46,304 nt of DNA from Thermoplasmatota archaeon (GCA_028279595.1 JANQNK010000010.1:1-46304); one strand, 5' to 3'; positions 17,880 through 28,304 are shown, counted from the first letter of the stretch. Numbers and translations: made by a program. Notes: generated by a model not told the origin, from the sequence alone.

Positions 17880-18860
17880 ATGGACGAGGTCGCTCCCCTG
17901 GTCGAGCAGTATTCCGGTTCGCTCGTTGCCATACAGGCACCTGAAGGTCTGAAGGCAAGGGCTCAGGAGCTCTCGGACCTCCTCGAGGCAGGGGGGGTAA
18001 GGACTATTCTGATCGGCGATCCCTGCTTCGGCTCCTGCACCCTGGCTGACAGCGACGCCTCCGACCTGGGTGCCGCGGCCCTGATACATCTGGGCCATGC
18101 TCCGATACCGGGCACTCCCACCGATGTCCCCGTCCATTACATCGAATTTCGCGAGGAGCCTCCGATCGACCATCTGCTCGTCGAACTGAACGAGATACTG
18201 GTATCACCGGTCGGACTCGCGACCACGGTCCAGCACATCGACCTTCTGGGGAGGTTGAAGACGCACCTCGAGGAGTTCGGTCACACCGTCCTCGTCGGGG
18301 AGAAGAGTGGCCGCGTCGCATATGACGGACAGGTCCTCGGCTGCGACCTCTCGGCCGTCCACGGGATCGAGGACCAGGTCGCTTCGTTCCTGTTCCTTGG
18401 TACGGGAAGGTTCCATCCGCTCGGCATCGCCCTCGCCACCGGAAGACCCGTTATCACGTTGGACCCCTACATGGGCGAGATCGGCTCCCTCGACAACGAA
18501 CAGCTCCTGAGGCAGAGATACGGAGCGATCGGACGGGCCATGGACGCGAAGAGGGTCGGTATAATCGTAGCGCCGAAGGGCGGACAGCGAAGGATGGCCC
18601 TGGCCCTCGCCCTGAGGAAGGAGTTCCAGGACGCCGGGAGGATCCCGGTGATGATCTCGACGGAGTTCGTCTCGCCGGACCATCTCCTAGCCTACCGCCT
18701 GGACGCACTGGTGATAACATCGTGTCCGAGGATCGCCTTCGACGACTACCAGCGTTTCGAGATGCCTGTTCTGACTGCTGCTGAAGCGAGGATGCTCCTG
18801 AAGGGTGCGGACGAGCTCATGAACGGTAACTACGTCGTCGACGAGTTCGAGATGGACTGA
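17880..18860 (+). CDS. dph2: Diphthamide biosynthesis enzyme Dph2
   Basis: QAPEGLK, DPCFGSC, GQVLGC, GRFHPLG and SCPRIAFDD (three conserved Cys). Confidence 0.95.
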   Translation: MDEVAPLVEQYSGSLVAIQAPEGLKARAQELSDLLEAGGVRTILIGDPCFGSCTLADSDASDLGAAALIHLGHAPIPGTPTDVPVHYIEFREEPPIDHLLVELNEILVSPVGLATTVQHIDLLGRLKTHLEEFGHTVLVGEKSGRVAYDGQVLGCDLSAVHGIEDQVASFLFLGTGRFHPLGIALATGRPVITLDPYMGEIGSLDNEQLLRQRYGAIGRAMDAKRVGIIVAPKGGQRRMALALALRKEFQDAGRIPVMISTEFVSPDHLLAYRLDALVITSCPRIAFDDYQRFEMPVLTAAEARMLLKGADELMNGNYVVDEFEMD

Positions 18861-18878
18861 CCCAGAGGAACGGTCCGA

Positions 18879-20450
18879 TCAGGCCTTGTACGTACTCGGG
18901 AAGAATAGGATCAGCGCGGCGTAGATCTCCAAACGGCCGAACCACATACAACCGCAGAGCCATATCTTCGTCGGAACGGACAACGAGAGGAAGCTGTTGG
19001 TAGGACCGATGATGTTCAATCCCGGGCCGACGCCGCCCATTGTAGTAGCTACCGCTGAGACGGCAGAGACTATGTCCATGCCGCCGTCGCCTCCGTTGAC
19101 GGACGGTTGTATCAGCGTAAGGGCCAGAGTTGACACTATGGCGATGATTATGTAGATGAAGAAGAAAGTGGTAAGGCCGGAGATCATCTCGTCCGGTACC
19201 TGCTTCCCGCCGAGGCGGACGGGGATGATCGCCTTGGGGTGCAATATCCTGATGATCTCCCTCTTGAAGGTCTTGAAGAGGACGACGATACGCACGACCT
19301 TGATGGCGCCGGCGGTCGAACCGGCGGACCCGCCGATGAACATGAACAGGATGAGGATCAGCCTGGCGGCATCCGGCCATTGGTTGAAATCGGCGTTGGC
19401 GTATCCCGTCGTTGTCATGATGGAAACGCCGTTAAACCCGCCCTGATGTATGGCATGCTCCAGGGACAGGCCGCCGCTCATGACCAGATTGAAGATGATG
19501 AGCAGTACACCCAGGGACATTATGGATGCGTAGGCCTGGAACTCCGGATCGCCAAGCAGCTTGCCCGGGTTCCCCGTCAACATATGATAGTACAGGTAGA
19601 AGTTGATTCCTGCCATTATCATGAACGCTGTCAGGAGGCCCTGGATCAAGGGGTCTGGATATGCCGATATCGAATTGAACATCGGCGAGAATCCACCAGA
19701 GGCGATGACGGTGAACGAATGGCAGATGGCGTCGTACCATCTCATGCCGGCCATCTTCAGGGCCAATATCTGTAGGATCGTGATCCCGACGTAGATCCAC
19801 CTGAGTATCGCGAAGGTCTCGGATATCTTGGGCCTGAGCCGGCTCTGGGTGGCCATGCCCTCGGCGCGAAGGAGCAGGATGGAACCGCTGAGTATCCTCG
19901 AGAGGAACACGACGGACAAGACCACGATCCCCATGCCACCGAGCCACTGCGTCTCGGCACGCCACAGTATCAGACTGTAACTGTATTCGTTCGGATAGTA
20001 GTTCCCGCCACCTGCTGGCATCTCCATGACAGTGGCGCCGGTGGTGGTGAAGCCGGACATGGATTCGAAGTATGCGTTGACGAAGGCCTCGAAGGAGTGC
20101 CACGGATCGGAGAAGTCCATGGCGAACGGACTTTCATGGGTAGGTACGGAAGGCTCGTAGTAGAACGTTCCGTGGAGAAGGTACGGCATCGCGCCGATGA
20201 GGACGATGATCAGCCATCCGAGGCCGACGGCCGCGAAGCCCTCGTTGTCCCGGATGTTCTTGACGTCGCGTGTCCCCCACATGGCGATCATGCCGATGAG
20301 GAGCGATACAAGTCCTGGTACGCCGTAGATGACTGATAGTTGAAGCCAGTTCTCCCCGAACCAGAGACCGACCGCTATCGGTAGGAGGAAGGCTCCCGAG
20401 AATAGGAGCAATACTGAGCCGATGATGTTCATCACTGCGCGGAACCTCAT
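18879..20450 (-). CDS. trkH: Trk potassium uptake membrane protein TrkH
   Basis: FESMSGFTTTGAT, QWLGGMGI, GGFS, TTTGY, GSAGSTAGAIKV and GRLEI motifs. Confidence 0.96.
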   Translation of the reverse strand: MRFRAVMNIIGSVLLLFSGAFLLPIAVGLWFGENWLQLSVIYGVPGLVSLLIGMIAMWGTRDVKNIRDNEGFAAVGLGWLIIVLIGAMPYLLHGTFYYEPSVPTHESPFAMDFSDPWHSFEAFVNAYFESMSGFTTTGATVMEMPAGGGNYYPNEYSYSLILWRAETQWLGGMGIVVLSVVFLSRILSGSILLLRAEGMATQSRLRPKISETFAILRWIYVGITILQILALKMAGMRWYDAICHSFTVIASGGFSPMFNSISAYPDPLIQGLLTAFMIMAGINFYLYYHMLTGNPGKLLGDPEFQAYASIMSLGVLLIIFNLVMSGGLSLEHAIHQGGFNGVSIMTTTGYANADFNQWPDAARLILILFMFIGGSAGSTAGAIKVVRIVVLFKTFKREIIRILHPKAIIPVRLGGKQVPDEMISGLTTFFFIYIIIAIVSTLALTLIQPSVNGGDGGMDIVSAVSAVATTMGGVGPGLNIIGPTNSFLSLSVPTKIWLCGCMWFGRLEIYAALILFFPSTYKA

Positions 20451-20454
20451 ACGA

Positions 20455-21813
20455 TCACTTGAGTACCCTCTTGATCCTGGGTATCGCTTCCCTCAGCGCG
20501 AAGACGATGAGCTGATCGCCCGCCATCAGGAGGTCGTTGTCCCTCGCCACCTTCACCTTCTTGACCGTCGTCCCATCCTCCGCCAGTCCCTTCCTTCGTA
20601 TCGCCGCGATCTCCGCCTCGCCGCGTATGTTGATCGACTTGACGGGCCGTCCGACCGCGGACGAGCCGCTTCCAACGTCGATCTCCAGCAGCTGGGCGTT
20701 GTCCTTGTCCATGAGCAGTACGGCGTTGTACTCCGCCTCGTGCACCTGCTCGAGTATCTCGCCGATGGTCGCCCACCGGCGGTTGACCACTATGTCGACC
20801 CCCATGTTGGAGGCCATGTCCGCGAGGTCTGGATTGTCGATAATCGCCATGGTCCGCTTGGCGCCGTGTCGCCTGGCCAGGAAGCAGGAGAGGGCATTTC
20901 GCTCCTCGTCCTCGCCAGCGGCTATGAAGACGTCCACGGTCTTTATTCCGGCCTCCTCCAGCTCCCTGCTGTTGGTAGGATCGGCGACATATGGATAGGT
21001 CTTCTCGAGCACCCGGGCCGCCTCCTCGCAGAGCTCCTTCGACTCGTCCATCAGGGTGACCTTCATCTTCTTCTCCATGATCTTGGCGATGTGGATGCCG
21101 ATGTCGTTGGCACCGGAGATGAAAACGGACTTCACCTTGCCAAGCGAGCGTCGGGCGAAGAGCTGTTCCAGCCTCGGAAGTACGGACATGTCGTTTACTA
21201 TCACGACCACCCGCTGACGCGCCTTTAGGGTGTATCCAGCGTTGGGAAGTATGAGGGACCTGTCCTCGTAGATCCCGATGATCTTCGCCTCGCTCGGGAA
21301 GTCGATGCTCCCGATGGTCCTGTCGACCATGGAGGACTTCTTTGACAGCCTCATGACGAGTATGAACGCATCCCCCCCGATTATCGGGCGGGCATCCACC
21401 ACCGACGGTGTCCCGATGAGCTTCACCAGAGTACCCGCCGACACGAGGTCGGGACAGAGAATGTTCTTGACCCCTATGCGCTCGAAGACGTCTCGGGAGT
21501 CCTTGCGGACGAAGCTGAAGTCGTTCACGCGGGCGATGGTGGGGATCAGCCTCGATGCCGCCAGCGAGCAACCGAGCAGGTTCACCTCGTCCGAGCCGGT
21601 CACGCCAATGTAGAGGTCGGCGTTCTGGATCCCGGCCTTCTCGAGGTCGGCCGGACTAGCTGCATTTCCCTCGATGACCAGCCCGTCTATGGACTTCGCC
21701 CTGCGTACCATATCGAGGTCCTTCTCGAGGATGAAGAGGTCGTGTCCCTCGCTCCGGAGCACCCGTGCGATGTGGAATCCGACCTCGCCAGCACCGCCGA
21801 CGATTATGCGCAT
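20455..21813 (-). CDS. trkA: Trk potassium transporter NAD-binding subunit TrkA
   Basis: IIVGGAGEVG Rossmann motif, VTGSDEVN, two RCK N/C repeats; directly upstream of trkH. Confidence 0.95.
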   Translation of the reverse strand: MRIIVGGAGEVGFHIARVLRSEGHDLFILEKDLDMVRRAKSIDGLVIEGNAASPADLEKAGIQNADLYIGVTGSDEVNLLGCSLAASRLIPTIARVNDFSFVRKDSRDVFERIGVKNILCPDLVSAGTLVKLIGTPSVVDARPIIGGDAFILVMRLSKKSSMVDRTIGSIDFPSEAKIIGIYEDRSLILPNAGYTLKARQRVVVIVNDMSVLPRLEQLFARRSLGKVKSVFISGANDIGIHIAKIMEKKMKVTLMDESKELCEEAARVLEKTYPYVADPTNSRELEEAGIKTVDVFIAAGEDEERNALSCFLARRHGAKRTMAIIDNPDLADMASNMGVDIVVNRRWATIGEILEQVHEAEYNAVLLMDKDNAQLLEIDVGSGSSAVGRPVKSINIRGEAEIAAIRRKGLAEDGTTVKKVKVARDNDLLMAGDQLIVFALREAIPRIKRVLK

Positions 21814-21920
21814 GGGCCGTTATCCCGATGTTCCGATATAAGGGTTCCTGAAGTCGAAATAGGCCCTCTGGAAGCCGTTCCTGGGTGGTTTTTTATATAC
21901 CATGTATACGTTGAGGGACC

Positions 21921-22919
21921 ATGGCGCGCGTCCTGTTCGTGTACCAGTCCAACACGCCCTGGGTGGAGTTCGACAGGGCAGGGCTCGAGCGCGAGCACGA
22001 GGTCGTCGATCACCATTTTCCGATGTCAGGGCCAGACGGGGGAAGGGACGTTTCGGGGACCATCAGGCGCTCCATGAGGATGAAGAAGGCCATCAAGGAG
22101 GTCGACGCGGTCTTCGTCTGGTTCGGAGATGTTCCCGCGACGGCGGCGGTGTTCTGGGCGCGGCGCTTGAAGAAGAAGAGCATCATCGTCGCCGGCGGTT
22201 ACGACGGCGCCTACCTCGAGGGGACCAAGTACGGTCTCCAGCAGAGGTTCCCGCGTAAACTCCTTCCAAGGTACGCGTTCAACAGGGCCGACCTGGTCCT
22301 GTCGGTGTCGGAACGTCTTCACAAGGACCTTCATCGCTTCTGCAAGCCAAAGAACGCGGTCATGGTCTACAACGGCGTCGAGACTTCGAAGTACACCCCT
22401 GGAAAGAAGGAGAATAAGGTCCTGACGGTCGGGGCCATCGACGAGGTGACGATATGGCGCAAGGGGCTGGAGACCTTCGTCAAGGCTGCAGAGCACCTTC
22501 CGGACGTTCCATTCGTCCTGGTGGGGAACGCGAGAGGAACCGCTGTGGTCGATCTGGTAGAGAATTCCCCTGAGAACGTAACGCTCACGGGATACATCCC
22601 GTTCGAAGAGCTCCTTGCCCATTTCCAGACCTCGAAGGTCTATGTCCAGGGATCGGCATACGAGAGCTTCGGTTATTCACTGGCCGAGGGGATGCTCTGC
22701 GAGTGCGTTCCCGTCGTGACGAACAGGGGAGCCCTCCCGGAGGTCGCCGGTGACACCGGGATCTATGCCCCGTATGGTGACGCCAGGAGGACGGCCGCGG
22801 CCATCGAGAAGGCGTTGGAATCCGATGCGGGACCCAGGGCCAGGGAGCGCGTCCTCAAGATGTTCACCATCGAGAGGCGGACGGAACGCATCCTCGCCGA
22901 GATGGACAAGGTCCTATGA
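21921..22919 (+). CDS. Glycosyltransferase family 4
   Basis: VYNGV, RKGLE and S.YESFGYSLAEGM..ECVPVVTNRGALPEV (E-x7-E) motifs; TTTTATATA upstream. Confidence 0.92.
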   Translation: MARVLFVYQSNTPWVEFDRAGLEREHEVVDHHFPMSGPDGGRDVSGTIRRSMRMKKAIKEVDAVFVWFGDVPATAAVFWARRLKKKSIIVAGGYDGAYLEGTKYGLQQRFPRKLLPRYAFNRADLVLSVSERLHKDLHRFCKPKNAVMVYNGVETSKYTPGKKENKVLTVGAIDEVTIWRKGLETFVKAAEHLPDVPFVLVGNARGTAVVDLVENSPENVTLTGYIPFEELLAHFQTSKVYVQGSAYESFGYSLAEGMLCECVPVVTNRGALPEVAGDTGIYAPYGDARRTAAAIEKALESDAGPRARERVLKMFTIERRTERILAEMDKVL

Positions 22920-22971
22920 TCGGGTAACGTTTGCCAAAAGGTTTATCAGACACACCGTGTTTGGACGCTCC

Positions 22972-24798
22972 ATGTTGAGAATTACAACGCTCATGGCGTT
23001 GATGACGATCGCGTTCCTGGCCATGGTCCCGATGAACGGGTCGAACACCGGTGCGGACGTTCCCGACGGGGAGCTGCCCTGGTGGGAGACCACGACCATG
23101 GACATGGACAGGAACCACATTCACGATTCCATCGATGAGAGCGACGAGCGCTGGTTCGACCTGTTCGTCTGCTACGACCGGGACCCGACACCCGAGGACG
23201 CTGAGAGGCTGGAGGAGCTCGGGCTCGAACCCATGGACGCCAGCTCCAGGACGGACACCATAACCCTCTATCACGTCCACAGGGCGTTCGTCGATATCAT
23301 TGTCGATCTCCCGAATGTCGTTATGGTCGAGGAGCAGCCTTGGCTCGTGGCAACCCTTGATGTCGGAGCACCCACAGTCAAGGCCCGCCCGAACGACCTC
23401 TACCATGACGTCTGGGAGGAGCTGGGATTCAACGGGTCCGGGATTCACATCGCCATACTCGACACTGGCGTCGACGACCAGCACGAATCGCTGGATGGCA
23501 AGTTCGTAGCCGGTGTGGACGTCAGCAATCCGCCGCTCATCATTACCACTAATCCCGACGATGGTAACGGCCACGGGACCCATTGCGCCGGAGCGGCCAT
23601 GGGCGACGGCGGCATGACCGACGGGGACACTGACGGCGAGCCTGACTACCAGGGTACAGCGCCCGGCGCGTCCTTGATCGACGTCAAGATATCCACGGAC
23701 CTCGGTGTGTCTGCGGGGACACTACGCACCGGCATAGAGTGGTGCATCGATAACAAGGAGGACCACAGCATCGATATATTGAGCATCTCCTTCGGCCAGG
23801 TCTCCGGGGACAGCGACGGTTCCGACACGCTATGCCGCGTGGTGGACAACGCGACCGCGGAGGGACTGGTCGTGATCATCGCAGCCGGGAATGAGGGGCC
23901 CGACAACAACGGCATCGGGAGCCCGGCAGCGGCGGAGACGGCGATCACCGTCGCAAATGAGGAGGACCACCAGACCCTGACCAGGGACGATGATGTGATC
24001 GCCTCTTCCTCGCAGCGTGGCCCCAGGAGGGACGATGGTGACGAGGAACAGCTCGACGAGCTCAAGCCCGATATCGCTGCACCGGGTTCCAATCTCACAT
24101 CCTGCGATTACAGTCCGGCCGGCCAGTTCGCCGTGGGTTATCGGGAGATGACCGGGACGTCGATGGCCTGTCCGATGATCAGCGGGATAGCCGCGCTCAT
24201 GCTCGACGCCAAGAGCGACCTCACTCCCGCCGATGTCAAGGAGATCTTGATCCAGACAGCGGAGCCCCGCGGAGAGCCGACACTACCTGACATCCATGAC
24301 ACCTGGAACCGGGGCTGGGGATTCGGATTCGTTGATGCCTACTGGGCAGTGTACGTCGGGGTCCACGGAAGTCAGAACGGAGGCGGGATCATCGACGACT
24401 CCATCAACTGCGTTATCTCGACACCCTCGGCAAATGCGACCATCAGCGGAATGGTGAACGTCACCGGACTGGCGAGCATAGCCCAGGGCGAGATAGACCA
24501 TGTGGAGGTCTGGTGGGACGACCTCTGGGCGATCCAGGCCAACCCCGAGAGCGAGGACTGGACGAAATGGTACCTCGAGTTCGATACGAATGACTTCGAC
24601 GAGGGACCTCACCAGATCGGTGTCAGGGCCGTCTCGGGTGCTAGGGCGTCTGAGGACCACATCATCAACATCACTATCGATAACTCAGGCTCCGATGATG
24701 ACGACGATGACGACGGCTTCATGGGACTGCCGGCGGTATCGCCGTTGATGGCCGTGCCGATAGCACTAATAGCGTTCGGGTTCCGAAAACGAAGATGA
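22972..24798 (+). CDS. Secreted S8 (subtilisin-like) serine peptidase with Ig-like domain and C-terminal sorting signal
   Basis: Start ATG 22972 (GTTTATCA 23 nt upstream); signal peptide; triad LDTG / HGTHCAG / GTSMACP; oxyanion AAGN; C-terminal poly-Asp, LPA, hydrophobic helix, FRKRR. Confidence 0.93.
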   Translation: MLRITTLMALMTIAFLAMVPMNGSNTGADVPDGELPWWETTTMDMDRNHIHDSIDESDERWFDLFVCYDRDPTPEDAERLEELGLEPMDASSRTDTITLYHVHRAFVDIIVDLPNVVMVEEQPWLVATLDVGAPTVKARPNDLYHDVWEELGFNGSGIHIAILDTGVDDQHESLDGKFVAGVDVSNPPLIITTNPDDGNGHGTHCAGAAMGDGGMTDGDTDGEPDYQGTAPGASLIDVKISTDLGVSAGTLRTGIEWCIDNKEDHSIDILSISFGQVSGDSDGSDTLCRVVDNATAEGLVVIIAAGNEGPDNNGIGSPAAAETAITVANEEDHQTLTRDDDVIASSSQRGPRRDDGDEEQLDELKPDIAAPGSNLTSCDYSPAGQFAVGYREMTGTSMACPMISGIAALMLDAKSDLTPADVKEILIQTAEPRGEPTLPDIHDTWNRGWGFGFVDAYWAVYVGVHGSQNGGGIIDDSINCVISTPSANATISGMVNVTGLASIAQGEIDHVEVWWDDLWAIQANPESEDWTKWYLEFDTNDFDEGPHQIGVRAVSGARASEDHIINITIDNSGSDDDDDDDGFMGLPAVSPLMAVPIALIAFGFRKRR

Positions 24799-24881
24799 CC
24801 CATCCCCTTGTTCGGATGGCGGAACGATAATTGATCCATCCTAGAACGGTTCAGATACGACCGTATAGGGATAATCACATC

Positions 24882-25283
24882 CTAGTAGGGTTCAGACCTC
24901 TGCAAGACGAGGTGCTTTCCACTTCTGAGGAATATCACCGGCACTCCTGCAGCGAGCGCCTTCTTCCTGACGAGCGAGTCCTGTGTCAGAACGGCTCCGT
25001 TCCGCTCCTGCGCGAGCTCTATGACAGCATGGTCGGCAGGACCCATGACCTCGACGACCTCGGGGGAGATGTGGTCGTAGAGGGACATGGCCTCCCTGGA
25101 CTTGGGCTCCCTGCCCTTCAGAAGGCCCTCCAGCTCGCTCACCACGGTGTTCGGTACCAAATAATCGTATGATCCAACGACCCGCTCGAGCTCGGAATCG
25201 AGATTGATGTTGAACTGGAACGGTAGATAGAACGCATTGGTGTCCAGTATCACTGGATAACGCCGTAGCCGATCAGACGCCAT
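24882..25283 (-). CDS. PIN-domain ribonuclease (Fcf1/Utp24-like)
   Basis: [25 protein letters not shown] and LTQD motifs; usual archaeal position downstream of eIF2gamma; start ATG 25283 overlaps eif2g by 34 nt. Confidence 0.88.
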   Translation of the reverse strand: MASDRLRRYPVILDTNAFYLPFQFNINLDSELERVVGSYDYLVPNTVVSELEGLLKGREPKSREAMSLYDHISPEVVEVMGPADHAVIELAQERNGAVLTQDSLVRKKALAAGVPVIFLRSGKHLVLQRSEPY

Positions 25284-26494
25284 CTGCTGCCGTCCCTCCT
25301 GCTGATGGCCACCTTGGCGCCGTCGTCGGCCGCCACGGCGAGCTTGAGCTTGACATCGACGACGTCGTCCCGTGCCGAGGTCACGACACCGACCGTGGTC
25401 GCGGTCCCCACGCTCAGCATGAGCGGTGTGTTGGACCTTATCGGTTCCACGGGCTGGGTCTCCGAGTCGCCGTCGAACCCGTGGGACGTGACCATCTTGT
25501 CCAGGAGGAAGACGTTCATCGTCATCTCCTCCCTGACGGGTGGCAGCGTCCCGGGCGCGCCCATGACGTTCCCGATGAACGAGTCGGCCTTGCTGTAGAA
25601 CGGGTCCAGCGATGTTCCGATCCCGACCAGGCCGCCGGGTCTGATCGCCGGATACTCGTGACCGCCCGACATCAGGGAAGTGGCAACGGTATGGACCGGG
25701 TTCCATGATTTCCCATCGGCGTCCTTGACGCCGGGGGCGATCTCAATCTCGTCGCCCTCGTTGAGAGTGCCCTGGGTAAGGCTGCCTCCGAGGACGCCTC
25801 CCCGGAGCTCGTCTGCCCTCAGGCCGGGCTTGTTGACGTCGAAGGAACGAGCGATGTTCATCCTCGCGGGGAGCTTCTCGTCCCGCTCGGGTGTCGGGAT
25901 GAACTCCTCGATGGCCTCGATGAGTATCTCGATGTTGACGTCGTGGTGGGCCGATATCGGGATGATCGGCGCCTCCTGGACCCCTGTACCGTCCAGGAAA
26001 CCCTTTATCTGCTCGTAATGCTCGATGACCTTCTCCTTGGGGACCAGATCGATCTTGTTCTGGAGCACGATGACGTTCTCGACCCCGGAGATCTCGAGCG
26101 CCATGAGGTGCTCGATGGTCTGGGGCTGTGGGCACTCCTCGTTGGCCGCGATCAGCAGGAGCGCTCCGTCCATGATATCGGAGCCCGAGATCATAGTCGC
26201 CATGAGCGTCTCGTGGCCCGGAGAATCGACGAAGGATATGGCCCTCTGGAACTCGCCCTTAGCTCCGTCGTACTTGCACTTCTCGCTGGTCGAATAGCAG
26301 AGCGGCTTGTCGCACTTCTTGCACTTGAAGATGTTCGTGTCCGCGTAGCCGAGGCGGATGGAGATGCCCTTCTTGATCTCCTCCGAATGACGGTCCGTCC
26401 ACACGCCGGAGAGGGCCTTCGTCAGCGTCGTCTTTCCGTGATCGACGTGGCCGACCAGACCTATATTGACCTCCGGCTGTTTCATCGTGGACAT
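25250..26494 (-). CDS. eif2g: Translation initiation factor 2 subunit gamma
   Basis: [37 protein letters not shown] and RWRLIGYG; start ATG 26494 after GGTGAGGAG. Confidence 0.98.
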   Translation of the reverse strand: MSTMKQPEVNIGLVGHVDHGKTTLTKALSGVWTDRHSEEIKKGISIRLGYADTNIFKCKKCDKPLCYSTSEKCKYDGAKGEFQRAISFVDSPGHETLMATMISGSDIMDGALLLIAANEECPQPQTIEHLMALEISGVENVIVLQNKIDLVPKEKVIEHYEQIKGFLDGTGVQEAPIIPISAHHDVNIEILIEAIEEFIPTPERDEKLPARMNIARSFDVNKPGLRADELRGGVLGGSLTQGTLNEGDEIEIAPGVKDADGKSWNPVHTVATSLMSGGHEYPAIRPGGLVGIGTSLDPFYSKADSFIGNVMGAPGTLPPVREEMTMNVFLLDKMVTSHGFDGDSETQPVEPIRSNTPLMLSVGTATTVGVVTSARDDVVDVKLKLAVAADDGAKVAISRRDGSRWRLIGYGVIQ

Positions 26495-26495
26495 T

Positions 26496-26894
26496 CTACT
26501 CCTCACCGTCTCCTTCCGGCTTCTCGGACAGCAGGTCCTCGATGGACCTCATGCCGTCCTTGGTGACCTTCATGTTGATGCTGGAGATATCCGCGGAAAT
26601 GGTGTTGCCCCTGAGCAGGCGCCTCCGGCGCACTCCAGGGTCCTTCGGCTGGAAGCCGACGCCCTTGGTTATGAGCACACGCGACCTCTTCGGTCCTGGT
26701 AGGTCCCGCCTCATGGGAAAGCCCTGATGATCGGTCCCGCCCGTTATCTCGAGCTTGTAGTGGGGAAGGTTCACGAATATCCCGTCGATGTTGTCGCCTA
26801 TCTTCTTGCCAACTAACGAATTGGCGTAGTGGCCGGACACATCGGTCGTGTACGATCGCTTTCCGTCGGATATGACTACCTTGAATTCTGGCAA
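26496..26894 (-). CDS. rps6e: 30S ribosomal protein S6e
   Basis: [20 protein letters not shown] and RGNTIS..ISSIN motifs; TTG start. Confidence 0.96.
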   Translation of the reverse strand: MPEFKVVISDGKRSYTTDVSGHYANSLVGKKIGDNIDGIFVNLPHYKLEITGGTDHQGFPMRRDLPGPKRSRVLITKGVGFQPKDPGVRRRRLLRGNTISADISSINMKVTKDGMRSIEDLLSEKPEGDGEE

Positions 26895-27115
26895 GTCTCA
26901 AGCCTCCGAGGTCACACTATAGACAATCCTATTAAATACTTTGTGTAGAGAGGGATACGCCAGGACATGGTACTGGATGGCCTATTCGATGTCATTCGAC
27001 ACGCATTGCCCGTCCACGGGGAAACGGGCGCGAGCGTCTCCTTGAACGATGGAGCGGACCCGCGTTGCCCGGGGCGAACCATTCGATTTTAAATCACCAT
27101 GTCGTTAGAGGGGCG

Positions 27116-27700
27116 ATGGATGTCGATGACGCCTATCTGAGGCGGGCGAGCCACACCGTCGGGGCCTGTGCGGTCATGTACTACGCGCTGCCCGAGGACA
27201 TGTACGGTGTCCCGAGGCTCATCATCCCCGCTTTGGCCGTCATCCTGACGACCGCGGGCGAGTTCGCCAGGAGAAGGAAGGGTGCGCTGATCCCCGGCCT
27301 GAGGGATTTCGAGAGACACCGGATCGCCTCGTTCTACTACTACGGTCTGTCGATCGTCCTGCTCCTGCTCCTGGCGCCCCAGGTGGTCGCGATCGCCTGC
27401 ATCCTTCTGATGGCGTTCGTCGATCCATTCATGGGGGAGACCCGTGGCAAGGTCTGGTCCTTGCCTGCAGCGGTCGCCTTCGGGGCGTTCCTCATGTACG
27501 CAGCAGGGTTCGGTCCGGAGCATTGGCCTTACATCATCGCCGGCGCCCTGACAGCCGTCGTATTGGAATCGGTCTCGCACCACCCGCTCGACGACGACTA
27601 TACCATGTCCCTCGGCACGGCGTTGGTCCTCATGACCATGTCCCGCTTCACGGAGCTCCCGGGCGACATCATCCATTCGATGGAGGGGGTATGGTGGTAG
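27116..27700 (+). CDS. Dolichol/phytol kinase-like membrane protein (CTP-dependent polyprenol kinase family)
   Basis: RRASH, RDFER, DPFMG and ES...LDDDYTM motifs resemble the archaeal dolichol kinase family; TTTTAAAT box 21 nt upstream of ATG 27116. Confidence 0.7.
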   Translation: MDVDDAYLRRASHTVGACAVMYYALPEDMYGVPRLIIPALAVILTTAGEFARRRKGALIPGLRDFERHRIASFYYYGLSIVLLLLLAPQVVAIACILLMAFVDPFMGETRGKVWSLPAAVAFGAFLMYAAGFGPEHWPYIIAGALTAVVLESVSHHPLDDDYTMSLGTALVLMTMSRFTELPGDIIHSMEGVWW

Positions 27701-27882
27701 ACGTCATCGATTCGGCCCACTGGAGGGGCGTCTATTTCCTCTGGATCCTGGGGCTCATCCTGTTCCCGATGGTCACGCTACTCGTACTGGTATGGGACAC
27801 GCCTGTCCTCGCATTGACCATCCTCATAGTAAATGCGGTCGTGCTCACACGGATGATAACGCCCCCAGATGGGGGAAAATGA
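27691..27882 (+). CDS. Small hypothetical membrane protein (63 aa, 2 TM)
   Basis: ATG 27691 preceded by GGAGGGGG; overlaps the upstream stop; two hydrophobic helices. Confidence 0.55.
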   Translation: MVVDVIDSAHWRGVYFLWILGLILFPMVTLLVLVWDTPVLALTILIVNAVVLTRMITPPDGGK

Positions 27883-27917
27883 TATCAACCCGTGCCTGTT
27901 TTCACCCCTTTGATAAC

Positions 27918-28301
27918 ATGCGGATCGCACTACCCACGACAGACGGCCAGGGGATGGACGGACAGGTCTTCGCACACTTCGGCGGTGCTTCACATTACGT
28001 ATTCGTCGAGGTGATGGACGGAGAGATACAGGCCCATCAGGTCGTTAAAGCCCCCTGGACCGAACACACACATGGACAGGTACCGAAATTCATCCAGAGC
28101 CTCGGCACTGATGTCGTCATCGCCCGGGGGATAGGCAGCAGGGCTGTAGACGTCTTCGGTTCGATGGGGATCAAGGTAATAACCGGCGCTGGCGGAAGGC
28201 TGGAGGATGTTGTCAACGCATATCTGACAGGCACACTGCAGACCGACGATTCGTGGATGGACGAGCCAGGCCATTCGTGCGGCTGCGGCGGCCAACATTG
28301 A
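27918..28301 (+). CDS. NifB/NifX (dinitrogenase FeMo-cofactor binding) family protein
   Basis: MRIALPT, AHFGGASHY, DVVIARGIG.RA and GIKVITG motifs; His/Cys-rich tail; start ATG 27918. Confidence 0.88.
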   Translation: MRIALPTTDGQGMDGQVFAHFGGASHYVFVEVMDGEIQAHQVVKAPWTEHTHGQVPKFIQSLGTDVVIARGIGSRAVDVFGSMGIKVITGAGGRLEDVVNAYLTGTLQTDDSWMDEPGHSCGCGGQH

Positions 28302-28304
28302 ACG

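Noticed and set aside
25284-25706. Long N-terminal extension of the PIN ORF
   Set aside because: Lies inside eif2g in another frame; the PIN motif starts just after ATG 25283
27918-28301. Nitrogen fixation capability
   Set aside because: NifB/NifX-family small proteins are widespread in non-diazotrophs, and there is no nifH/D/K here
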